A DNA stretch of 64,000 nucleotides from Candidatus Microgenomates bacterium (GCA_016204995.1 JACQJR010000001.1:539034-603033); one strand, 5' to 3'; shown: positions 55,515 through 63,998, numbered from the stretch's first letter. Translations and numbers: made by a program. The notes: generated by a model not told the origin, from the sequence alone.

Positions 55515-57683
55515 TTATACAGAAATTAGATCTTTCTCAGCGCGATTTAGTAGTACGGCATTAGTTGCGACAATAATGGAAGAGATGCTCATTAAAAGCG
55601 CCGAGATTTCCGGTCTAAGGGAAATGCCAAAACCAGGGTAGAGAATACCGGCGGCAATAGGAATGGCAAGCAGGTTATAGATTGAGGCCCAAAAGAGATT
55701 TTGTTTCATCTTGCTGACAGTGGCTTTAGAAAGTCTAATTGCTCTTAAAATATCAGTCGGGTCAGATTTCATTAGAACCACTTTGGCGGTTTCGACGGCG
55801 ACATCAGTACCGGCCCCAATCGCCATGCCGATATCAGCTTGAGCGAGAGCCGGAGCGTCGTTAACTCCATCTCCCACCATGGCCACAAATTTTCCCTCCT
55901 CTTGTAGCTTTTTGACATACTTGGCTTTATCTTCTGGCAACACTTCTGCAAATATGCGGTTGATTCCTAGCTCCTGACCAATTGCCTTCGCTGTTTTTTG
56001 ATTATCACCTGTAATCATCGCCACCTCAAGTCCCAGCTCTTTCATTTTTTGAATCGCTTTTGGGGCAGTAGATTTAATGGGGTCGGCCGCCGCCGCTACT
56101 CCCACCACTTTGCCTGCTACTGCCAGTATCATAATGGTTTTGCCTTGATCCAGTAGTTTATCAATTTCTTTTTGTAGAGGAGTAATATTAATTTTTCTAT
56201 TCCTCATTAATTTGACAGTGCCCACTAAAACCTGTTTACCGTCAACTCTGGCTTCTACGCCCAGGCCGGTAATATTAGTAAATTTTTCCACTTTAGTGGG
56301 GATTTTAATTCTCCTTCTCACCGCCTCTTCTAAGATGGCTTTACTTAAAGGATGGGATGATTTAGCCTCTACTGCTGCATCTAATTTAATAATTTCATCC
56401 TGGGAAAACCCGCGGGTAGTTATAACATCGGTGATGATTGGTTTGCCCTCGGTCAGCGTTCCCGTTTTATCTAAGACGACGGCTTGAATTTTAGAAGTTT
56501 GTTCAAGCGTTGGAGCGTCTTTAATTAAGATATTATGTTTGGCGCCCAAACCGGTGCCGACGGCGACGGCGGTGGGGGTGGCTAGACCCAAAGCATCGGG
56601 ACAGGCAATCACGACGGTAGAAATAGCAAAAGTTAAAGCAAAAAGGAGTGGTTGTCCTAAAATCAAAAACCAGACGGCAAAGGTAATTAAACCTCCGCCT
56701 ACAGCCACGATCACCAAATACTTGGCAAAGCGATCGGCAATCTTTTGTCCCGGAGCTTTGGAGCTTTGGGCAATTTCTACCATTTTGATAATTTGAGCCA
56801 GAGCTGTATCTTCGCCAATCCTAGTGGCTTTAAATTTAACTGAACCGGTGGTGTTAAGAGAGCCGCCAATGGCCCGATCGCCGACTTTTTTGGCAACTGG
56901 CAGCGATTCGCCGGTGACTAAGGACTCATCTATGGCTGTTTCACCCTCAATGATTTGGCCATCAACCGCCACTTTGTCTCCAGGTTTTAAGATTAAAATG
57001 TCACCAATTTTAACTTGGCTGGTAGGAATAATTTCTTCTTTCCCCCGACGTAATACCCGAGCTTGAGGGGGGACGAGAGCAAATAAAGCTTGTAAGGCAT
57101 CAGTGGTGCCGCGGCGCGATTTCATTTCCATCCAATGACCAAACAGGACAAAGGTAATAAGAAGTGCTGCTGCTTCATAGTAAGAGTCGCTGCTGTTAGT
57201 TAAAGTTAACACCACGCTAAAACCAAAAGCAGCAGTAATACCGACAGCAATTAAAACCGCCATATTGAGGGTTTTGGCTTGCAATGCCTTAAAAGTAGAG
57301 TAGAGGAAAATCCAGCCTGAATAAAAAAACACCGGTGTGGTCAGCAGGAATAAAATCCAGCTGGCGGGAATGGGTGTGGGCAAAGTTACTCCCAGAATTT
57401 TTTCTCCTAAAGGCGAATAGAGAATAATGGGCAGGGAAAAAACAAGGGCAAAGAAAAATTTGTGGCGAATATCTTCTTCCATAAGTTTTGCCATCTCCCG
57501 GCCAGCCAGACCACCATGTTCCATGCCCATGGTCATGCCCATGCTCATTTTGAATTTTTCCCAACCTGACATTTGGGAAACTGTGGCGTTTTTGATTTCG
57601 TGAAGTGCCATACCGCAGGAGGGACATCTACCGGGTTGATCGGTTTGTATTTGAGGATGCATGGGACAGGTATACATTTTCAT
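55515..57683 (-). CDS. heavy-metal (copper) P1B-type ATPase
   Basis: YTCPMHP..CPSCGM; TGES; ACPDALG; DKTGT; GDGVND; YN and MxxSS motifs. Confidence 0.93.
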   Translation of the reverse strand: MKMYTCPMHPQIQTDQPGRCPSCGMALHEIKNATVSQMSGWEKFKMSMGMTMGMEHGGLAGREMAKLMEEDIRHKFFFALVFSLPIILYSPLGEKILGVTLPTPIPASWILFLLTTPVFFYSGWIFLYSTFKALQAKTLNMAVLIAVGITAAFGFSVVLTLTNSSDSYYEAAALLITFVLFGHWMEMKSRRGTTDALQALFALVPPQARVLRRGKEEIIPTSQVKIGDILILKPGDKVAVDGQIIEGETAIDESLVTGESLPVAKKVGDRAIGGSLNTTGSVKFKATRIGEDTALAQIIKMVEIAQSSKAPGQKIADRFAKYLVIVAVGGGLITFAVWFLILGQPLLFALTFAISTVVIACPDALGLATPTAVAVGTGLGAKHNILIKDAPTLEQTSKIQAVVLDKTGTLTEGKPIITDVITTRGFSQDEIIKLDAAVEAKSSHPLSKAILEEAVRRRIKIPTKVEKFTNITGLGVEARVDGKQVLVGTVKLMRNRKINITPLQKEIDKLLDQGKTIMILAVAGKVVGVAAAADPIKSTAPKAIQKMKELGLEVAMITGDNQKTAKAIGQELGINRIFAEVLPEDKAKYVKKLQEEGKFVAMVGDGVNDAPALAQADIGMAIGAGTDVAVETAKVVLMKSDPTDILRAIRLSKATVSKMKQNLFWASIYNLLAIPIAAGILYPGFGISLRPEISALLMSISSIIVATNAVLLNRAEKDLISV

Positions 57684-57684
57684 A

Positions 57685-57960
57685 TCATTGATGGATTCTT
57701 TTAAATAGTCTTTTAAGTTCTTCTATAGCCTTATCTTGTTGATGCTGAAATTGATCTGCGACGTGGGTTTTTAAGTGCTTTTCAAAAATAAGAGCATCTA
57801 AACTTTTGATAGAATTTTGAATAGCCAGGCTTTGATTAAGTAAATCTATACAATACTTATCTTCTTCAATCATTTTCAAAAGTCCTTCCAGCTGTCCTTT
57901 AATAATATTAATTCTTTTTTTGGCCTCGTTCTTAACACTTTCAGAGTTTTTCATATACAC
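57685..57960 (-). CDS. CsoR/RcnR family metal-sensing repressor
   Basis: IKGQLEG..MIE..YCID..Q and HLKTH motifs. Confidence 0.88.
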   Translation of the reverse strand: MYMKNSESVKNEAKKRINIIKGQLEGLLKMIEEDKYCIDLLNQSLAIQNSIKSLDALIFEKHLKTHVADQFQHQQDKAIEELKRLFKRIHQ

Positions 57961-57962
57961 CC

Positions 57963-57991
57963 ATAATATACCCCCCTAGGGTATATGTCAA
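57963..57991 (-). promoter_or_regulatory. promoter with a CsoR-type G/C-tract operator
   Basis: TTGACA-17-TATTAT on the minus strand, enclosing atataccc-cccta-gggtatat. Confidence 0.75.
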
Positions 57992-58046
57992 CCCCGTTCA
58001 GCTGGGCGTAGCAGGTATCACTGATTTGTGATATGATATCTAATTA

Positions 58047-58463
58047 ATGCGGGGATTTGTGAATGGTTTGCTATTAGGAATTTTGCTGGCCGGCTTTTTA
58101 TTTCTCTTTAACTTTTTATCAATTGCTAAAATTAGGCTAATTTGGCAAAACAGCACTGCCAGACTTAGTGAATTGACGGGTTTACAAAATTTAGCTATTG
58201 CTCAGGCAGTTAAAGATGGCAATTACCACTGTTGCATTAATCCGCCTTGCACCATGTGTTTTTGGCAGGGTAATAAGTGGAATTATAATACGCCCGGTAC
58301 TTGTGATTGCGATGCCTTTATCGCTCGGGGAGAAGAGGCTTGTCCGCAATGTGCTCGAGGTGAAAAAGAGGGAAAGTGCGGCGGCAGTTCTGGCGTGTCT
58401 ACTTCTAGTTCGCCGACTAGTTGCCTCTTTGTTCCCCAAAGTTTTACTCGAAGTGGGGCTTGA
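58047..58463 (+). CDS. Cys-rich membrane-anchored hypothetical protein
   Basis: N-terminal TM; HCCINPPCTMC, CDCD and CPQC motifs. Confidence 0.65.
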   Translation: MRGFVNGLLLGILLAGFLFLFNFLSIAKIRLIWQNSTARLSELTGLQNLAIAQAVKDGNYHCCINPPCTMCFWQGNKWNYNTPGTCDCDAFIARGEEACPQCARGEKEGKCGGSSGVSTSSSPTSCLFVPQSFTRSGA

Positions 58464-58499
58464 CACTTACCGCCCCTTTTGTGGTATGGTGAAAAACGT

Positions 58500-58817
58500 A
58501 TGATAGCGGCAGTGACTGATAATGATTTTGAAGAAGAGGTTTTAAAAAATCCCAAGCCTGTTCTAGTTGACCTGTGGGCTGTTTGGTGCGGGCCTTGTCG
58601 GCTGGCCGAGCCGATTTTGGAAGAGTTAGCCGATCAATATAAAGAACAAGTCATAGTAGCCAAACTTGATGTGGATAAAAATCCCGCGACTGCCCAAAAA
58701 TATAACGTCATGTCTATTCCCACTACCATTTTATTTAAAAATGGCCAAGAGGTGGGGCGTCAGGTGGGATTTTCCGGTAAAGCTCCGTTTGAAAATTTAA
58801 TTAAGAAAGGATTATGA
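58500..58817 (+). CDS. trxA: thioredoxin
   Basis: WCGPC and SIPT motifs. Confidence 0.95.
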   Translation: MIAAVTDNDFEEEVLKNPKPVLVDLWAVWCGPCRLAEPILEELADQYKEQVIVAKLDVDKNPATAQKYNVMSIPTTILFKNGQEVGRQVGFSGKAPFENLIKKGL

Positions 58818-58836
58818 GAGGGGGTGAATTAATTTA

Positions 58837-59016
58837 ATGGATCCAAATCAAAATCAACCAGCTCAACCAGTTAATCCGCCAGCAGATACTCCTGTTGCAC
58901 CGAGTACGCCTGTCCCGACTGGGTCGGGACCAGCAGCACCAACCATGCCAGAACCAACAACACCTCCTACTGCTGAAGAACCAGAAACAGAGCAGCCCGC
59001 TCAACCAGCAGCGTAG
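58837..59016 (+). CDS. 59-aa Pro-rich small protein (not in ORF track)
   Basis: SD gggggtga; MDPNQNQPAQPVNPPADTP...QPAQPAA. Confidence 0.6.
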   Translation: MDPNQNQPAQPVNPPADTPVAPSTPVPTGSGPAAPTMPEPTTPPTAEEPETEQPAQPAA

Positions 59017-59019
59017 AGT

Positions 59020-59122
59020 AAGGCACTAGGCAATAGGCAAAGCTTGACTCTTCGGGTTAGATACTAGGCACTAGAAATAAGAAAAAAATTAGTGCCTAAT
59101 GCCTAGTCCCTAATGCCTAATA
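59020..59122. repeat. 7-bp TAGG/CCTA inverted array with a nested mini-hairpin; supplies the trxB start codon
   Basis: aggcac taggcaa taggcaa ... tagtgcc taatgcc tagtccc taATGcc taatac. Confidence 0.85.
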
Positions 59123-60090
59123 CATACGACATAGCAGTTATTGGTTCTGGTCCAGCTTCTCTTACGGCGGCCATTTACACCAGTCGCGGCGCCGCTAAAA
59201 CCGTCATTTTGGCAGGCAGTAATTGGGGTGGTCAGTTAATGCTGACGACAGAAGTGGAAAATTTCCCCGGCTTTGATCATATTTTAGGGCCGGAGTTAAT
59301 GGCCAAAATGAAGAATCATGCTGTCAAATTCGGGTCAGAATTTATAGGAGCAGATGTAGAAGAAGTAGATTTTAGCCGGCAGCCGTTTACTCTGAAAGCT
59401 AATGGAAAGGATTATCAGACCAAGTCGGTAATTATTACCACCGGCGCCAATGCTCGTTGGTTGAATCTGCCATCCGAGCGGGAGTTTATCGGCCGCGGAG
59501 TTTCCTCTTGCGCTCCTTGCGACGCCCCCTTTTTTAAGGAAAAAAACGTCATTGTAGTGGGCGGGGGAGATAGTGCTATGGAAGAAGCGCTGGTGTTGAC
59601 TAAATATGCTGCGAGTGTCACGATTGTTCATCGCCGCAGTAACTTTCGCGCTTCCAAAATTATGCAAAGCAAGGTGCTAAATCATCCCAAAATTAAAGTA
59701 ATTTGGGATACGGAAGTTACGGAAATTTTAGGGACAGATAAGGTTAGCGGGGTCAAATTAAAAAATGTTAAAACCGGCGAAACTCGTGACATGCCGATTG
59801 ATGGAGTTTTTGTCGCCATCGGCCATGATCCCAATACCAAACTGTTTGCGGGAAAGTTAGAGCTAGATGAAAAAGGATACATCAAGATAATTTCTAATTC
59901 CAAATTTCTAATTTCTAATGAAAAAGGGGAAGAGGTGGGAAACAGATTTTCTACGATGACTTCGATAGAAGGAATTTTTGCGGCCGGAGATGTGCATGAT
60001 TTCCGCTACCGCCAAGCGATTACCGCCGCCGGCTTTGGCTGTCAGGCAGCAATGGATGCGCTGTCGTGGCTTGAGGAGGTTCGTCCATGA
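59113..60090 (+). CDS. trxB: thioredoxin reductase
   Basis: IGSGPA, GGQL, CAPCD, GGGDSA, HRR and AAGDV motifs; in-frame array at 59891-59918. Confidence 0.95.
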   Translation: MPNTYDIAVIGSGPASLTAAIYTSRGAAKTVILAGSNWGGQLMLTTEVENFPGFDHILGPELMAKMKNHAVKFGSEFIGADVEEVDFSRQPFTLKANGKDYQTKSVIITTGANARWLNLPSEREFIGRGVSSCAPCDAPFFKEKNVIVVGGGDSAMEEALVLTKYAASVTIVHRRSNFRASKIMQSKVLNHPKIKVIWDTEVTEILGTDKVSGVKLKNVKTGETRDMPIDGVFVAIGHDPNTKLFAGKLELDEKGYIKIISNSKFLISNEKGEEVGNRFSTMTSIEGIFAAGDVHDFRYRQAITAAGFGCQAAMDALSWLEEVRP

Positions 60091-60782
60091 AGTCTGTTCC
60101 AAATTTGCTAACCCTCATTCTAATTACTCTTTTAGTAGTCTGTGCTTTTTTAATCGGTATGTTTTGGACTAAAGTGCAGACTTTGGAAAAGGGTGTTGCT
60201 GTTTCTGGAACTCCCACTTTAAGGCCCGCTCCGCCGGTTTTATCCGCTGATAAATTTAACGAAGTGGTCAAAGAGGCCATCTTTGTCGGTGGCGATCCTA
60301 ATTCCAAAGTAAAATTAGTAGAATTTGCTGATTTTCAGTGTCCGGTCTGCGGCAACTTTTTTACAAACTACTTGCCGACGATTGAAAAAGAATATATTGA
60401 TACTAAAAAAATTGGTTTTTATATTCGCCATTTTCCGCTTTACTCTTTGCACCCTGACGCGGAAAATGCGGCTTTGGCTATGGAATGCGCCCGGGAGCAG
60501 GATAAATTTAAGGCTCTGCACGATGTTCTTTTTCAAAATCAGCAAAGTTTGTCTACTACTGACCTGAAAAAATACGCCGCCCAGCTTCAAATGAAAACCA
60601 GTCAATTTAATGCCTGTTTAGATTCTAAAAAATACAAGGCTAATATTGATCGGGATGTCAAGCTGGGTGAATCTTTAGGAGTGACAGGCACGCCTAATTT
60701 TTTCCTTAACGGTCGCTTAATTGCCGGAATTTCTACCCTAGCCGCTTTCCAAGTTACCCTTGACGAAGAGTTGAAGAAGTGA
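60087..60782 (+). CDS. DsbA-like thioredoxin-fold protein
   Basis: EFADFQCPVC, RHFPL and GTP motifs. Confidence 0.88.
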   Translation: MKSVPNLLTLILITLLVVCAFLIGMFWTKVQTLEKGVAVSGTPTLRPAPPVLSADKFNEVVKEAIFVGGDPNSKVKLVEFADFQCPVCGNFFTNYLPTIEKEYIDTKKIGFYIRHFPLYSLHPDAENAALAMECAREQDKFKALHDVLFQNQQSLSTTDLKKYAAQLQMKTSQFNACLDSKKYKANIDRDVKLGESLGVTGTPNFFLNGRLIAGISTLAAFQVTLDEELKK

Positions 60783-61169
60783 TTAGGATTTTTTAATTAC
60801 TACATATCCCGTCCCAGTTAGCATAATTGCTAATAGCCCCATCACCCACAAGGGGAATCCTGTTTTTGGTAGTTGGCTGACCGGCGATGGTTTGGGGGTA
60901 GCAGTGGCTTTGGGGCTGGCCCCGATTTTATCGGGGCTGGTAGTCGGTAAAGTAAAGCCCGGATAAGGAGTTGGTTTAACAGTAGAAGTTGGCAAAGGAT
61001 AGAAAGTAGGAGTGGGTTTGACAGTGGAAGATTTAGTGGCATTTTGCCACAAAGCAATTAAAACCACAATAATAACTAAAACTACCAGGGCGCCAAGAGC
61101 GATAGAGGCAATGTTGCCAAAGCGGGGAGAGAGGGAAGGTAATTTGGATCGGTCAAAGCCCTCAAACAT
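60783..61169 (-). CDS. small surface protein: TM, P/T linker, LPKTG sorting-like signal
   Basis: LPKTG followed by a hydrophobic segment and KK. Confidence 0.65.
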   Translation of the reverse strand: MFEGFDRSKLPSLSPRFGNIASIALGALVVLVIIVVLIALWQNATKSSTVKPTPTFYPLPTSTVKPTPYPGFTLPTTSPDKIGASPKATATPKPSPVSQLPKTGFPLWVMGLLAIMLTGTGYVVIKKS

Positions 61170-61266
61170 ATTTTGAGGCAGAGGTAGAGTCAAGTATAGG
61201 ATAATTTAAACTCTTGTCAAGCCCCGATCAAATCGGGGTTGACTCTTTCTAGTATAATCTTAATAT

Positions 61267-61935
61267 ATGAACAGCATCCTAATTGTAGAAGATGATCAAG
61301 GAGTGCAAAAATTCTTAAAAGAATTTTTGCTGGATAACGGTTTTTCAGTCAGAATGGTCGGTGACGGGTTAGAAGCAATGGCACAAATTGAAAAGTTACC
61401 CCCGGATGTTGTTATTTTGGATTTAGGTTTGCCTAATATGAGCGGAGAAACAGTTTGCACCGAGGTCAAGAAACAATACCCTCATTTACCAATTATTATT
61501 TTAACAGCCCGCGACACCACTTCAGATATCGTTCAGGGACTCAACTTAGGAGCAGATGACTATATGACTAAACCTTTTGTGGCTGATGAGTTACTGGCGA
61601 GGATCAAGGCTCGGCTGCGAGCTGATGGTTTGGCTACTACTAGGGTTAAAATAGCAGATTTAGAACTGGATAAAAATCTGATAGAGGTCAAGCGCAATGG
61701 TAAATTAATTTCGTTAACTCCGCAAGAATTTAAACTACTGGAATATTTAATGAATAACGCCGGCCGTATTTTGACTCGGGATATGATTTTAGATCGGGTT
61801 TGGTCTTATTCAGCGGAGATAGAAAGTAGGGCAGTAGATGTTTATATTGGATATCTACGTAAGAAAATTGATAATGGTTCTAAAAAGAAGCTAATTCATT
61901 CAGTTAGAGGCTTCGGTTACGTAATTAAAGAATAA
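61267..61935 (+). CDS. OmpR/PhoB family response regulator
   Basis: VEDD, LDLGLP, GADDYMTKPF and winged-helix VRGFGY motifs. Confidence 0.95.
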   Translation: MNSILIVEDDQGVQKFLKEFLLDNGFSVRMVGDGLEAMAQIEKLPPDVVILDLGLPNMSGETVCTEVKKQYPHLPIIILTARDTTSDIVQGLNLGADDYMTKPFVADELLARIKARLRADGLATTRVKIADLELDKNLIEVKRNGKLISLTPQEFKLLEYLMNNAGRILTRDMILDRVWSYSAEIESRAVDVYIGYLRKKIDNGSKKKLIHSVRGFGYVIKE

Positions 61936-62974
61936 GGCGGCGGTGAATTGGTTTATCCAAGATTGGCATAAAGGACACTATATATCGATCGGCTGGTACT
62001 CCTAAATCTTCAAACGTAAATTGAGCAAAGGTAGCTTCATCCCTGGCATTAATGTTACTGCCTAAGGCTTCCATGGCTAAGGATTTGCGAATAATATCTC
62101 GTTCAGAGGATTGGTCAAAAATCTCCCGAGAAAGATCATAGGACATTTCAGCCATTCTTTCTGGATTATAATTTTCCGGTAGTTTAATTTTTTCGGCCTT
62201 TTGGTAAAATTTTTCCGCCCCAACTCTTTCCCTAAAAGCATGGACCTGGTTTCTTGCCTCCCTTTTAATTACCGCAGTTTCTTCCAGGGTGGCCATATTG
62301 ATGAACCATTCTTTGATTTTTGCCCCCGCTTCTTTAGAGTCATCTAAATCTACAATTTCTTTAAATTTTTCTCTCATAGTTCTTATTACAGCTTCGTCTG
62401 ATAATTGGGGAATTTCTTCTCGCATGGCAAGTCCTTTGCTTTGATGATAAGCATGGTTAATTAAGTAGATAAATAAAGTATTATTCATATTGGCGGCTAT
62501 ATATTCAAAGGCAGTTACGCCTCGATCTTTGGGGAATTTGTCGCCGACTGAGGGCGATTCAATTAAATGGATAGCCTTGATATTATAACCAGGATAGATC
62601 ACAATTGCCTCACTAGGATGATTGATTTTTTCCAGAAAAAAAATATTAAATTCAGGTGAATCCGGAATGATTCCTTTAGATCGGGCATCGGCTAATTCTT
62701 TTTCATATAAAATTTTATTAATCGCGAGAGGAACTTGCAGAATTTGTGCATTCTGCTCCAGGGTGCTAGTGATTTGCTCCAACAAGGTGCTCTTGCCGGC
62801 TAAGGGCGGACCCATTAGAAAAAAAGTATCAATTTGAGTGTCAAACAACAATCTATAAATTAAATTTTGAGCAATCAATTGACCTTCGGTGTCAGTCAAG
62901 CCGGCCAGTACCTCACAGGTTTCTTGATCAATCACGATCATTTCCGGAGTAATATTTCTTTCAGATTCGGCCAT
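61925..62974 (-). CDS. hypothetical P-loop protein
   Basis: GPPLAGKS Walker A; overlaps the kinase stop. Confidence 0.55.
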   Translation of the reverse strand: MAESERNITPEMIVIDQETCEVLAGLTDTEGQLIAQNLIYRLLFDTQIDTFFLMGPPLAGKSTLLEQITSTLEQNAQILQVPLAINKILYEKELADARSKGIIPDSPEFNIFFLEKINHPSEAIVIYPGYNIKAIHLIESPSVGDKFPKDRGVTAFEYIAANMNNTLFIYLINHAYHQSKGLAMREEIPQLSDEAVIRTMREKFKEIVDLDDSKEAGAKIKEWFINMATLEETAVIKREARNQVHAFRERVGAEKFYQKAEKIKLPENYNPERMAEMSYDLSREIFDQSSERDIIRKSLAMEALGSNINARDEATFAQFTFEDLGVPADRYIVSFMPILDKPIHRRLIL

Positions 62975-63998
62975 CTATTCCTTTCAAAATGGGTAATTTT
63001 ATTTCAAAAATTGTTTCTTTGTGTGGTTTGGAGTGGACGGTGATTGTGCCGTGATGCTGGTCAATAATATTTTTGGCTAAAAATAATCCGAGGCCCATAC
63101 CGCTTTTTTCTTTGCCAGAAGTACCTTTATAAAAGCCCTCAAAAATTTTTTCTAACTCTTCAACGGCGATGCCTTTACCACGATTTTTTATTTTTAAAGT
63201 AACAATGTTACCATCTCCCTTGAGAGTAACATGAATAGGGTGGGCGGGTGAGGAAAATTTAGCGGCATTATCTAAAAGATTAATAATTACCTGCATAATT
63301 TTATCAAAATCAGCCACGATTAAATCGCTTTGGCCCACTAAAAGATCAGCGAAAATCACTTCGCGGCCTGGATGGGTAAACCTAAAATCAGTAAAAGCCC
63401 GGCTTAGAATGACCCTAAAACTACATTCTTGCCAGGAATATTGTAATTGACCCGTTTTAGCTTGTTCAACTTGAACTAATTCCTGGACTAGTTTAGTTAG
63501 TCTGGTAGCTTCCCAAGATAATTCTTCCACCCATCTTTTTTCCGTCGGCAGCTCGTCTGGTATTCTATTTTTGAGCATTTGGACATAGCCGTTAATGGTG
63601 GTCAAGGGTGTACGCAATTCATGAGTGGCCATAGCAATAAATAAGTCGCGATTGACAATTGCCTGTGTTAATTCTGTATAGAGCTGGTTTTTCCTAATTG
63701 CCAGAGAGGCCATAGAGCCAAATAGTCTTAGAATACTTAACCCTTTTGAGTTAAAATATTTTCTTTTCAGAGAGTCCAGAGAGAGAAGGCCGATAGAGCT
63801 ATTTTTGTAAGACAAAGGGATATAAATAATGGACTTGATTCCTTTTCTTTTAATTTCCGGATGAATCTTTTCAATACTTTCTGTATCAATGATGGAAGGT
63901 TTATTAGCTTTGAATGCTTTAAAGGTGAACCCCCTTTTTCTGGCTTTTATTTTAAATAAGAATGGTTGGTTTGCATAAACCTTTTCCAGTTCATCGCC
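62961..63998 (-). CDS. GAF-containing sensor histidine kinase (5'-partial, runs off the window)
   Basis: HELRTPL, NLLDNAAKF and GMGLGL motifs; frame open to the window edge. Confidence 0.9.
   Translation of the reverse strand, partial: GDELEKVYANQPFLFKIKARKRGFTFKAFKANKPSIIDTESIEKIHPEIKRKGIKSIIYIPLSYKNSSIGLLSLDSLKRKYFNSKGLSILRLFGSMASLAIRKNQLYTELTQAIVNRDLFIAMATHELRTPLTTINGYVQMLKNRIPDELPTEKRWVEELSWEATRLTKLVQELVQVEQAKTGQLQYSWQECSFRVILSRAFTDFRFTHPGREVIFADLLVGQSDLIVADFDKIMQVIINLLDNAAKFSSPAHPIHVTLKGDGNIVTLKIKNRGKGIAVEELEKIFEGFYKGTSGKEKSGMGLGLFLAKNIIDQHHGTITVHSKPHKETIFEIKLPILKGIDGRI

Noticed and set aside
1335-59122. Periodic arrays as CRISPR arrays
   Set aside because: Units are 7-9 bp and degenerate, with no 25-45 bp repeats, unique spacers or cas genes.
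135-62837. Numerous 60-130 aa antisense or overlapping ORFs in the track
   Set aside because: They are shadows of well-supported genes, with no motifs of their own.
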